A stretch of 64,000 bases of DNA from Eledone cirrhosa (lineage: Eukaryota), in assembly GCA_964016885.1 (NCBI GenBank), contig OZ024749.1:51584001-51648000 (forward strand), written 5' to 3'. Below are positions 26,186 through 39,039 of this stretch, piece by piece. The notes beneath the pieces were generated by a model that ran no database searches, was not told where the DNA came from, and saw nothing but the letters and a program-made list of their open reading frames with translations. The position numbers and the translations under genes were made by a program. Positions within the stretch are counted from its first letter, which is position 1; every line of letters starts with the position of its first letter.

Positions 26186-26952
26186 CGTCAATATGGCACC
26201 CTTACAACTCCACCAAGTGTTAGGAACCATACCAATCTTAAAGTCTATCTAATCTTATTTAGAGCAATGTTAGGTAGATTGATTGTGATGACAGTGTTTT
26301 ATGAAATTTAATGAGGTGCTGTCAATCAGTATTAATTAGTATTCATCATCACTAATTAATGTCTATTTTCTGTTGCTAGTTGTGATGAAGTCCCACAAAC
26401 AGGCCTGCTCTCATGACTTATTTATCAATATGAAACTTGTTCAGTATCATCTTTTAGCTGTTTTTTTTAATTTTATTATCACTTCAAAACATTGTGGTCG
26501 GTCTTCCACACCACTTCATGTTTGCTGTTGAAAGCTGAAGGACATCCTGTAATCCATCATAGCTACTTCAGCTCGGGTCAGGACTAGACAACACATACTT
26601 TCTATGGTTTAACAGAGAAAGTATAGCAGACTTGTAGTTGTGGACTCAGCACATGTCTTTAATTGTTTCCAATCTGAGAACCAAGTGTAAGAAACTCTGA
26701 CAAGACACTGCTGTTTAGTATCAACTAAACAGCAGTCTTCACAACCAGGTTATCGGCGGTACTTCAGAGTTTTAAAAGCCACTTGTAGTTGCCTTACTAG
26801 TCACATAAGTAGAGATTAAGATCTGAGTCAAACTCTAAAAATTAAACTATCCTAAAACGAGCATTATTTGTATATTCGGTTGTGGTTTTGCTAATTAAAA
26901 CAAGAAAAAGCAAAACTAAGGAAATAATAACTCTGTGAATTAATTATACATT

Positions 26953-27035
26953 TTTCATTCAAAATAAATCATCAGGAAAGCCTTCCTGATGATTTATTTT
27001 GAATGAAACAGTTCTAGTCATGTAGAAGCCATTTA
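26953..27035. repeat. 26-bp perfect inverted repeat with hammerhead-like core, next to (TA)n
   Basis: Arms 26953-26978 / 26983-27008; CTGATGA...GAAAC on the right arm. Confidence 0.7.
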
Positions 27036-30000
27036 TATATATATATATATATATATCATTAACATTAATAGTCACGAGTAATTATTTAATTTTTTTTTTA
27101 CCAGAACATATTTAGAAAAGGGCCTTAAATTTTATATAGTTTAAGGTCTCAGTAGATGAAAGTCCGGCCCTACTAAAAACTGAAAGTTAAACATTCCCAT
27201 CAGATACTTGTTATTCAATAATAACCTTCACCAACTGACTCCGATAATTAACTACATTAAATGTAATTAGAGGTGAAATTAAGGTAACAGACTTCTGGCT
27301 TATATATATATAAAGAGAGAGAATAAGAATTGCAGCTTTTTGTGAAACTTTATTTCATACTACAATTTTTTTCTATATCGATCAGCTCGGGTTTGATCAT
27401 GCGATCGGATCCCGACTCTTAATCGACACTTCTTCAGATATGAGTTTACATGGGTGATCACGCCGCTAGTAACCACAAATTACTCACATAATAACACACA
27501 CACACACACACACACATGTATGTATATATATATATATATATATATAGGGTGTCCCAAAAATGTATACTCACTTCATTGTAATAAATATTGCCTGTACAGA
27601 TAATCAAAATATGTCTTTTAGTCGGATATTCATTTAATAGTGTTTGTATGTTTGTTCTGAAAGCAACAACAACCACCAAACAAAGTTGCTATCGTATCCA
27701 GATGGAGATATATTCCTCACGAGTTTCTTTCACAACCACTCTATCTATCTATGGCTCGTACCATCGCTACAAAGCTCACTCAATCAATTTGGATTTTAAG
27801 TAGTGATAGCAGCACAAGCAGCTCTTCATAGCTATCGTCCATTCATTCAAGGCTTAGCTATGCCATTTATTTACTCTAAAGAAAACAACATCCTATATAT
27901 AGAGTAATCGTGTCTACTTAGATGTACTAACTGGTTATTGCTTTTGTTTAACCCAAGGTTAGTTCTGATCGAGCGGATCTGTAATCAAAGACGTTCTGGC
28001 CAAGATCATCCCGTTTTTGTTAGGGAGAGGAGGATATCTAAGAATCTATTTATTATCTAATGTGTCTTATTTTATTATTATTTTTTTTTTTTTTTGCTTT
28101 TTCAAGATGGTAAGCTATGATCTGAAGGAGATTTAGCTGCTAATTCTAGCAAGTCCAGCTATCGTTGGATCATGTGTAGTAAATAGATCGGACAAAGTAT
28201 TGAAAAAAATGTATTTCCTGAAACCGAGTCAACAATGGCCAAAAACCTATCAATAATGACTTGCACATTCCTCAAATCTATTTAAAATAAAATAGAATAT
28301 ATATACAGAGATTAGACACGAATTTTAATATATATCTGCCTCGGATTAAACACACATTTTGATATCTATCTGCTTGTCTAAAAATAAGTATTCTGAAGCT
28401 CAACGTAAATAAAATCTAGACGAATTATTGTAATTTTCTGGAAATAAATTTATTATATTATTTTAATTATATTATATAAATACCAACAATAATGATAATA
28501 TATTTCCCCCTTCTTCTTAAGCCTAAAGTCGGTTCAGGGTTATTGTGAAGATTTCGTTTATAGTTAACAATGAAAGCAATGATAATGGGCGTATGTAAAG
28601 AAAATAACTTGCATTATTTATTATTATTATTATTTTAATTGCCGAATGTAAAGAAAAATAGTCGACCAACTGGTCGATATTGGTATTGGTACCTATTTTA
28701 TCGATCTTAAGAAGCTAGGCAGGCAAAGATCGACGGTGAATGGGATTTGAACTCGTAACATAACTTGAATGATGTAACCAAGCTGTTTCTCTCTCAACTT
28801 ACTTTCATTGTTCTCATTATAACCATAACAATAACAAGGTAGAAATATTTAAAAGGAAATGAATGAAAATATACCGAAAGCTTTGTTAGAAATCAGAACA
28901 TTTTTTCTTAATTTATAATTTTAATAATTATTTAACGTTTTTTTTTTGGAAGTAAAATGTACTTGGAAATATTTTATAAATATATAAATACTTACAAATA
29001 AAGAACTCATTATTTAGTTAAGCTCCAGTTTCGATTAAAAGCTAATATTTATAGAAAGAAAGCATTATAAAAAGAGGGAAAACTATCAAAGACAAAAGAG
29101 GACATAGGAATATGTTTTAATCTAATTAAACAAAACAAAAAAAAAAAACAAGTAAAAAAAAAAGTAAAGCTAGTTATGATGATTATTTCAGAGATTGGAT
29201 ACAAATGGATAATATAGAATATAAATTAATTTTGTCGATTTGTCGATTACTCACATTTTGAAATGCAATGTTAAGAGACAACAGCGAGAGACAAGGAGAA
29301 AATCATTTTACAACCAGGGCGAAAAATTATATATATATATACTGTATATAGAAAAAGATGTGAAGCTCTTTAAAGAATTCTGCAAGACTTATTGTTTGTT
29401 GCTATATATATATATATATATGTGTATATATGTATTATAAAGGGACGCTTAATGGAAACAAAGATACAAACAGGTTGGAGAGAAAGAGAGGGAGATATTA
29501 AGATATATATGGATAGGTAGGTAGGTAGAGAGAGCGAGAGAGAGAATGATTTCTGCTCTAATATGTTACAGCTATTAATTCCCATTGTTGGTATCATATA
29601 TATATATTTACACATATTAACTAAACCATTACAAGCATCCATGAAGGATGAAAAGTAAAGCGATATAAAGGAAATATGTATTAAATAACTGTGATGAAGA
29701 TTGAAGTATAAGTGATTTTTCAATTATTGCTCTCTTACCTGGTTAAATATGGTCAGAAAGATGAATATACATACAATGTGATGAGTAAAATATGGTTTAA
29801 GCTGTAAGAATTATCTCCTTTTGCTTTCAAGAATCTTCAGTACCAAGAAAGTGACATATGATATTGAAGAGCGCGTTAAGGGGAGACAACAAAGGGGGAA
29901 GAAGAACTCTTTGATGTAAAATAAAAACACAACAGGACCAAGTGGGTATTTTAAGAACTTTATTATATTTACAAACCGATTATATTGCTACAGAAACAGA

Positions 30001-31024
30001 GAGAAAAATAGAAAGCTACGAAAATGAATAATAGACAAGATTGTTCTTGTTCCTGATGTTGTTATATTAGAAATAGACAAGAATGGCCATTACGAAGCTA
30101 AACAAAATACCCGGTTACCTGTGATTTTGTTTTCTCTTAATTTTAAAGTGAAACATTATTAATTCAGGTATATTGAATTATACTTAACATAATTATTTCT
30201 ATACACATGTATGATATATATATATATATATATAACGAGTCTTTTCTATGTTTCAGAATTGTTTATTTATTTTTTTAATTTATAGTGATAATCCTTTGTT
30301 TTTGCTTTCGGGTGGTTAAACATCATGTACAATATGTGTATATATATATATAAATGTACTTGTTAGCAACTCTAAAAGCGAAAATAAATGACTTTTGACG
30401 ATGGATCTCCTTTATAGTTTAGTATTTAACTGTTGAAGGTAGCGATTTTTCTTAATTTTCCTCATTTTGAAAAATATTTGTATATTAGCAAATAAAAGAA
30501 AATGTAGCTGGCAAAATTATTAAATTAACTAACCATACCACAGTTTATATTATATTAAATGCGCAAGTTAAACATGATAAGGTAATATCGTAGTTTATGT
30601 CCGTAAAAAAGAAACTGCAATAACAATCAGGAGTTGTCTCCCCTTGTCCATTTTAATTAAACTGAAAGAAAAGATGGGATTATTTAAAAAAACAAGTATA
30701 CGAACTTTGTACAAAGCGATAACGTGTTCACCGTTGCATACAAATTCATTTTAGGGCACCGAATGAACAATGTGAGTTATGGTGACATTTGCTACCATAA
30801 TCTCTGTGGTTAAGAAGATTTTTCACAATGACACAAGAAGCTGTTGAACGTCCACGTGTCATCGCTGATACTCGATTGTGAAAGAACACTCTTATTTCTT
30901 CAGAGTAAAACACAAGAGGTGGGATGTATTGTACTCCTCCTGATTTCTATAGTAGAAAACTGCAGTTGCAGTTTAATGGCAATGAAACCGTGACCAATTT
31001 GACAGGGTGATTGACAACCAGCAG

Positions 31025-31190
31025 AGAACTGTCCTTTCATTTGCACAGGCTGTGTGTACCTATGTTTTAACTTACCACTATTTTATATTGTAAATTTTAA
31101 TTTCCAATAAAGAAGTGTCCTTTCATTTGCACAGGCTGTGTGTGCCTATATTTTGACTTATCATAGTTTGATAGTGTAAATTTTAATTTC
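31025..31190. repeat. Tandem duplication, ~87 bp x2
   Basis: TGTCCTTTCATTTGCACAGGCTGTGTGT...TGTAAATTTTAATTTC occurs twice. Confidence 0.85.
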
Positions 31191-31326
31191 TTTATTGAAA
31201 GGTGATCTGTAATTACTCAGAAATAAAATCAATAATTTTGTACATGAATATTCAAATTATAAATCCAATTCTAATTAGAAATCTCTAATGAGATGTTATT
31301 TTTTTTTTTTTTTTTTTTCTTATAGC

Positions 31327-34300
31327 ATGGAGGTTCTTAAGCCAAGTTTATTGAAGATTGGCAACAGAATTTATCGCAAGTATCCAACCTCACAGAATGA
31401 AAGTAAACAAGCTAAAGATGAGTTGTTTGGTAAGATCATTCTGTTCATTTACTGCACACTTCGACATTTGCTGCCATTGAATTTGTCGAAACATTTCTCT
31501 CACTTTTGTAACTATTATCTCATGTCAATCCTTTTGTTACCCTATTTCTCCAGTACTACCACATTACAGGGTCGACTGGGTGCTTTATGTCGGAGCACGA
31601 GCTCTACCATTTTACAAGATGGACTGAGTGCTTTTTGTTATACCACCTGCACTACCTACCAACTTACAGGATCGATTGGTGCTTTTTTGTGCTACCAGCA
31701 CCACTGTATTACAGGGTGGACTGGGAGCTTTTTGTTTGGCACCAGCACTGCCACTTTACTGGGTGAACCAGGTGCTTTTTGTTGTGGCACCAGCACTATC
31801 ATATTACAAGGTAGACTGGGTGCTTTTTGCTGTGGCACCAGCACTACCACCTTAGAGAGTGGACTATATGCATTGTTATTTTGAAAGCTATAAGATTATT
31901 GAAATTATAAAATCTTTTTTGAAAATTGTATTTCAAATAATTTGAAAAATAATTACTGTTGGTCTCTTTATTGTGGTTGTATAATTTATCAATGTTTTTC
32001 CCATCCTAGTAAGTCTACATTCCCACTCTGTATTATTGGTTTATTTTATAGAAAGTCTAGAAAATATTGACAAAGTAAAGAGTATTTTGTTTCTATTATG
32101 AAACAAATGTCTTTTATCCCTTTCCTGCAGTTAACTATAAAATTTTACTATAAGCGAGATAACTGATCCCCTAGCCTATCTGGGAGGTCAGTAGCCCTGC
32201 TTCAGTACTGACTTGTTCTATGTAGACCCATCCAAACCCTTGCTAGCAGGGAAAGTGGGCATTAAGCTTACAATGATGACGATGATAATGATGTATAAGT
32301 TTCTGAATTTCAGAGGATTATGCAGAATATGACAATGAAGAATGTTGTGACAGTATGGAGGTTGTTGCTACAGAAAAAGGTTTTGAGAAGAAAATGTCCA
32401 TAGCAAGTGAATATTTTAAATACATTATTGGCAAGAAAGGAGAAATGAAGAAAAGGATAGAAAATGAGACACGCACCCAAATTCGAATCCCTACAAGGGG
32501 TCAAGAAGGTGATATTGGTGAGGAAATATATTTATTTTTTAATTACACTTTTTACTAATTTGTTAAAGTCTTAAATTTGTGGAGGTGTGTGGCCTAGTGG
32601 TAAGTCCATTTTCCATGCTGGTCTGGGTTAGATGACTTGTCCTGTTGTGAGGCAAACTAAGTAGAGGACCATGACTTGCTCATACAGAACTGATTCTGGC
32701 TAGGTTTCTACAGCTGGATGCCTTTCCTAATGCCAACCACATTTACAGTGTGGACTGGGTGCTTTTTGTGGTGACACCTACACAACCACATTTACAGTGT
32801 GGACTGGGTGCTTTTTGTGGTGACACCTACACAACCACTTTACAGTGTGAACTGGGTGCTTTTTACCGTGACACCTACACAACCACTTTACAATGTGAAC
32901 TGGGTGCTTTTTACCGTGACACCTAGATGACCCCTTTACAGCGTGGACTGGGTGCTTTTTGTCGTGAAAATGGCTAAAAATAAATAAAACTTGACATAAT
33001 TGTGTGTTTGTTTATTTGTATGTTTATGTTTTAGTAATCCTGGGTCGAGACAAGAAAGGAGTGATTTCTGCACACACCCGGTTGGAGTTATTGGTTATTT
33101 CAGCAAGACAGAAACAACCATTCACACACTTCCTCTCTATACCAATCAATGACCAATCTATACATACTCAAGTCATGGATTTTAAAGATGATGTACTTCG
33201 AGAATGTGATGGGGTAAATTTATTTCAAATTCTCTCTCCTGTATGTATTGAAAAATCTGTAATTTGTGAGTAATTATGACTTATTCTTTTCATTATTATA
33301 TTTCTAAAGAGGGCAGTGGATTGGCAGTATCGGTAGAGGGTTGGATGCCATGCTTTGCAGCATAGAGTTACGGCCCTTTATGATCTGAGCTCAAATCCCG
33401 CCGATAAAATAAATAACCAGTAATGTACTGGTATGAGTACCTGTATCAGCATTATTAACACTTAAGTCTGCTGACTGCCAGCCTACTCCTGCCCTAAAAC
33501 GTCATCTGCCTCATGGTCCTGGCCAACAGGATGGAGAAGACATTGCCCCAGAGGTTATGTGTTTTATTAGCAGTTAATATCAACATAATTTAAGATATCG
33601 TAGGTTTCAGAAAAATTATTTTTCAAATGTAAAAAATGTTCTTAACTAATTCATTTTTGTTTGTCTAAATAATAAAAATTATTGGTGGCGTTGGTGTATT
33701 TTCTTCAACATTACTTAATGTCCATTGTAGGATATGGGTTTGGATGCATCAATCTTTCAAAATTGTTTCAAGCTGCATCTGACCATTGGAACATTGGTAT
33801 TACTAAGTGACTCAGAGGTGCAACAAGCTACAGAATTGCTAAAAAAATGCAATGAAGAATTAATTTGGTAATGCCTTTATTGTTTTTTTAATTTTAAATA
33901 ACCTCATTTGTTTCTGTATAGCAAATTAATTTAGACTATGATCACATCATCATCATCATTTAAATGTCTGTCTTTCTTTCCTGCTAGCAAGGGGTGGATA
34001 TGTCATTACAGACCAGTCAGTACTTAAGTGAAGCTACTAACCTCTAGAGGTGCTGACATATAATCCCATGCTCTTCTGAGTGTATTTTATCATGGCACCT
34101 ACACTAAACACTAAGGAAGTTGTTATATCCTCCTTGACACAGCCATAAAGTCCTTCCGACCCTTAGTTTGGCAAGTTTTCTAAGCTGGATGCCCTTCCTA
34201 TCACCAACTACTTTACAGGGTGTAGTGGGTGCATTTATTTTATTACATAGCTCACTAATACTAGGATGATTGTTATGCCCTTTGACACAACTAGAAAGTC

Positions 34301-37300
34301 CTCTTAACACTTTTGGTATGTTTTCTACAGCTGGTTGCTCTTCCTATCAACAACCACCTTACAGTGTACTGGGTGCATTTTGCCAGTCACCAGCACACCT
34401 AACTAAAATAGATTTCGCCATCCAGGCCGAAACAAATGAGATCGTGTAGGTGTCACAACAAAAAAACACACAGTCCACGCTGTAATGTGGCCGTGTAGGC
34501 AACACGGTAAAAACCTCCCAGACCCACACTGTAAATGTGGTTGGTGTTAGGAAGGGCATCCAACTGTAGAAAACCTGCCAGACTGTCCTATGCGAGCAAG
34601 ACAATCACTCTTGCCTCAAGTGGGAATAAGTCCAAACCCATGCAAGCGTGATGATGATGATGATGATGACAGCAGCTAACTAAAATAGGATGATAAACCC
34701 TTGGCTAGCTGGGTAAATGGACGTTAAATGACACTGATGATGTTGATAACAATGATGGTTAATGATGCTTTCATTTCAACGTTATTAGGTCTTTAATAAA
34801 ATTTATAGTAATATATTATATACAAGGGTAGGCTGAAAAAATTCACAGGTTAACTATGAAGGAGTGATGCTAGAGTTGTGAAATCTTGCATGCATTAATT
34901 TCAACTCATCTTATTGATAACTGGATTGTTTCTTACCAGGTAATATGTTGAAAAATAAACCTCATTTAGTCATTCCATGAGAGTATCTTGGTCAGCCTGT
35001 GAACTTCTCAGCTGACCCTTGTGCATATTTCTAATTTATATAGTCTATTTATTGTATACAATATACTTTTTGTAGGCTACTTTTAAAGGACAAACCTTTA
35101 CACTGTCAACTTGTTGGTTTAGAATATATGAATGACGACCCTGGAGCTGTTGATGTTTTATACATTAAAATAGTTGAACCAGAAGATTCTGAAAGGTAAA
35201 ACTTTCTAGAGTGTTTTTTTTGTTTTTTTTTGCCTGAATTTCTATGATGAAGAATTATTATCATTATTATCATTGGGCGGTGAATTGGCAGTATCGGTAG
35301 AGGGTCGGACGCCATGCTTTGACGCTTAGAGTTACGGCCCTTGCCATTCTGAGTTCAAATCCTGCCGAGGTTAACTTTGCCTTTCATCCTTATGGGGTCG
35401 ATAAAATAAAGTACCCGTAATGTACTTTGATTATTGCTGGCCTTGTGCCGAAAGTAGAAACAATTATTATCATTATATATATAAAGGGTGGGGGATTGGC
35501 AGAATCGGTAGAGCGTTGGATAAAATGCTTTGCAGCATATAATTGTGGTACTTTATGTTCTGAGTTCAAATCTCGCTGAGGTTAGCTTTGCCTTTCATCC
35601 TTATGGGATCGATAAATAAAGTACCAGTAATACACTGGAATCGACTTGTCACCCCCTCCCCCCATAAAACATTGCTAGCCTTGTGCCTATAGTAGAAACC
35701 ATTATTATTATTATCACTATATATATCTTATTTGTTAATGAAATACTTATTAATTTTCAAATTTTTGTTAATTAAATTCATTGTCTTTTGACTATTTTCT
35801 AGACTGGAGATATTATGTAACCAGTTAGTTGAGAAATTCACTTCGGCAGGATTAATGCAGAAAGAATACGACCGTGTAAAATTACATATAACCATAATGA
35901 ATACAGTGTTTCGCAACGATCCTTCGGGTGTGTCACGTGTTTCAGCAAATCGTGGATCGGCACGGATATCTTTTGATGCTAAACAGATATTAAAGGTAAG
36001 AATCATCTTTACTCGAATATAAGTTGATAAGAATATATGCCAACCCCATTATTTTATGTCTGAGAAATGAGCAAAAATTTAAAGCTTTTTATGTAGAATT
36101 TGAATTTGGCGAAAATCGTCAAATTATTGACCTTGAATATAAGTAGACCCACTATTCATTTCTTTCACTGTTTTGAGTTTCTTCTGTGAGAGATTGAGGA
36201 CTGTGATATGGAATCAGTAAAATGATAACAAGATTTGTCAGGAATCTTGAAAGAAATGTTGGTGTCTGAAATAAGGAAAAAGGAACAAGAATTTCAAATG
36301 TGAATACCACAGGAACGATAACATGACCAAATTATGTTTGATTGCTGACCTTGCAGTTAATGTACATTATGTACTGTATATATATACTTGAATATAAGCC
36401 GACCCCACTATTTCATGTCTGAAAAATGGGCAAAAATCCAAACCTTATTTACAAAGAATTTGAAGTTGGTGAAAATCGACAAGATATTGACATTGAATAT
36501 AAGCTGACCCCGCTTCTACCATTGATTTTTTGGTGACATTTTCCTCAGCTTATATATGAGATATCATCATCATCGTTTTTACTTCCACTTTTCCACACTT
36601 GTGTGGGTTGGACTGGTCCTTTTTCAGCATGGGATCACCCCATTTGCTGTGTTCTTTTGTTATCTCCTCTGTGAGCCTCAGTGATTTGAGGTCGGTTCTC
36701 GCTACCTCTGCCCAGGTCTTTCTTGGTTTATCTCTACTGCGGCTTCTTTCCCCTGGAATTTCACCCAGTGACCATCATCCATTCGAGTATATACAGTAAT
36801 TACACTTAGAGAGACGATTGGAACTACCAATCATTTCTAAAGCTCACTTAAATACCATGATAGACATTAATAGTCACAGACAAATGTTTAAAAGTGACAC
36901 ATTAACGATTGGTTGCAGTAGTTGTAGGAACTTGATTGTTTATTAAGTAATAACACAAGTCAAGAAACTAGAGTATACTCCCTTGTATAAGTCTATATTA
37001 CTTCTTGTCTTGCGTTACTTTGTGCTTTAAATAAGTATCTATTTTATAATTACACCTGTCTTTGATCTGGGTTGGCCTTGTGGTTAGGGTGTTGGACTTA
37101 TGATCATAATGTCATGGGTTCGATTCCTGGACTGGGTTGTGTGTTGTGTACTTGAGCAAAAGACTTCATTTCATGTTGCTCCAGTATACTCAGCTGAAAA
37201 TGAGTACCAGTCATAGCTGGGGGTTTAATCATGCAATGGACTGGTGCCCTGTCCAATGGAGAGTCTTGTACTCTCAGTCACTTAAAGGAACGGAAACCGG

Positions 37301-37509
37301 GGGATAAGCACCGGCCCAACGAGCCCCTGGGTTCAAGACGAGATAGATTTAAGACTTCAGACCCTTCAATGATTTTTTTTTTTTTTTTTCAGAAATTTGG
37401 AAACTTTTTCTTTGGATCATACTACATTGGAGAAATTCATCTTTCAAAAAGATATTCGTCGGGAAAAGATGGTTATTATATTCCAGCTGCTGTCATCAAG
37501 CTGCCATGA
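31327..37509 (+). CDS. ASCC1: Activating signal cointegrator 1 complex subunit 1 (KH domain + 2H phosphoesterase)
   Basis: Exons 31327-31429, 32314-32517, 33035-33213, 33731-33867, 35076-35195, 35803-35995, 37393-37509; 1053 nt (350 aa). N-terminus MEVLKPSLLKIGNRIYRK resembles human ASCC1; KH GxxG loop IIGKKG; PFTHFLS; two HxT motifs (KLHLTIG, KLHITIMNT); YMNDDP. Confidence 0.95.
31545..31870. repeat. Degenerate ~41-bp tandem array derived from a SINE body segment
   Basis: TTACAGGGT.GACTGGGTGCTTT..TGTGGCACCAGCACTACC repeated ~7 times; reverse complement of the SINE body GGTGCCAC...GCACCCAG...TGTAA. Related 46-47-bp array at 32737-32965. Confidence 0.75.
34821..35021. mobile_element. Mariner-type MITE (inverted copy of 12351-12530)
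   Basis: TACAAGGGTAGGCTGAAAAAATTCACAGGTTAAC ... GTCAGCCTGTGAACTTCTCAGCTGACCCTTG. Confidence 0.75.
36156..36369 (-). pseudogene. Diverged duplicate of the USP last intron/last exon junction (source ~13480-13700)
   Basis: Long matching blocks: CATTTCTTTCACTGTTTT, GTTTCTTCTGTGAGAGAT, TTGAAAGAAATGTTGGTGTCTGAAA, GTGAATACCACAGGAA, TGTTTGATTGCTGACCTT. Confidence 0.85.
36563..36780 (-). mobile_element. RTE LINE 3' fragment with (TGA)n tail
   Basis: Reverse strand encodes ERSRSRDKPRKTWAEVARTDLKSL-like text; same family as 39040-39325. Confidence 0.7.
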
Positions 37510-37724
37510 TATAAAAGTAAAAAATTAGATATATAATGGCTCCTTACTGATAACCATATATTTATGATTGAAAGAACTATGTAGCTATCTTTTATACTAA
37601 CCTATTAGTTAGTATTAAAAGTTAGTTGTTCTAAGATAAACCAGTTGTTTGTTACATTTGTTATCTATGTAAATCTCGTCACTAAGAATAACAGTCGCTT
37701 TCATACGTGACTTCCTGTAACTGA

Positions 37725-37736
37725 TAAATAAATAAA
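37725..37736 (+). promoter_or_regulatory. Candidate polyadenylation signal(s) of ASCC1
   Basis: Overlapping AATAAA hexamers ~220 nt after the TGA, followed by a T-rich tract. Confidence 0.5.
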
Positions 37737-38814
37737 AGTTTTATTCTTGATACACACTGTCTTCTTTTATTTGAGTTAATATGTTAAATGTGGTCTCCAG
37801 TGCTTAGAGAGTTTTCTTCTTCACTCACTTATTCCTGAGAGGGTCGTAGAGGCAGAGTCCTTAAACACTCCTTCCAGCAGGTTCTGTCAGAAGCAACCAT
37901 CTCTCCAAGTGAGACCAGTCGAGCTCTTGGATGTTATCCAACCATCTTAGAGAGTTTGAATTGCAATTGTGAAGTTCCCAAAGGGTGAGTGAGAAAGTAA
38001 GAGTGAGGGAAAGAGTAAAAGAGTGTGAGAGAGGGAGTATGTGTGTATGTGGTAGAGGGGAATGTAGAAAAGAGAAGATAGTAAATTTAAATACAACTCA
38101 GGATATTTATGTACTTAACTAAAATGTTTGGAAACTCAACTCATTTTGTTCTCAACATTTAGAATTCATCTGGACATATATATCTATCCAGGTGGCTTGA
38201 TATTAAAGAAGAACTATGGCAGTGGTTAGAGAATTGAATTCACAATTGTGAGGTTGCGAGTTTGATTCCCAGACTGGATGATGTGATATGTCTTTGAGCA
38301 AGACATTTTATTTCACATTGCTACATGTATGTGTGTGTGTGTGTGTGTGTGTATGGACCTGTAGCTCTTGAGGGAATTGTAGGGTTGCCATAGTGATATT
38401 GGGCATTTTAAACCTGGTGGAGTCCATCTCTCCAGGTCTGAATACAGCAGATTTCTTCCAGAGAAGGAAAGATAGAAAGTGAGAGAAAAGGTGAGAAAAA
38501 GATATAGAGGAAGAATTGACCTCAGTACTTGACTGGTACTTTTTATTATTGACCTCGGTGGGATTTAACTCAGAGCAATATTGATATTGAATTTAAGACA
38601 CTTCCACAAGTCCAACACACTTCCCACTAGGCCACACGACTACACATGCACACACAAATTTAATACAGAAATGGCTTCTACAGGGCTAGAGCTGTTTCAG
38701 GAAAGCCCCGATGATTTCCCTCGAATGAAACAATTCTAGTCCTTTGTTGTATATGTTCTACTAATGTATTGAGTACCTTACTTACTGTGGTTACCCTAAA
38801 TTAAACCCGGGACC

Positions 38815-38845
<31 letters not shown>

Positions 38846-39039
38846 TTTTTTTTTTAGTGTGGTCTACCCTTGGTGGTAGGGGCCGTAACTGCTATAGATC
38901 AGAAAATATGTCAATATGATCGACCCTCCGAAATGATCATAAAACAAGGATATGAATAGGTAAACTAACTCGACTTTGTTGTTATTATTTTCATTGTTAA
39001 ATTAATACCTAATATATATATATATATATTGTAAGAGGG

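Larger units (their letters stand above)
36010..36798. mobile_element. TcMar-type MITE copies with nested inserts (USP-derived fragment and RTE 3' end)
   Basis: ACTCGAATATAAG / ACTTGAATATAAGCCGACCCCACTATTTCATGTCTGA units at ~36010-36155 and ~36372-36562; closing end ATTCGAGTATATACAGTA at 36781-36798. Confidence 0.6.

Noticed and set aside
27545-27700. Complete mariner element starting TAGGGTGTCCCAAAA
   Set aside because: Only a TIR-like start; I found no matching right end or transposase.
31288-31884. 198-aa ORF as a separate gene
   Set aside because: It is ASCC1 coding exon 1 read through its GT donor into an intronic tandem repeat.
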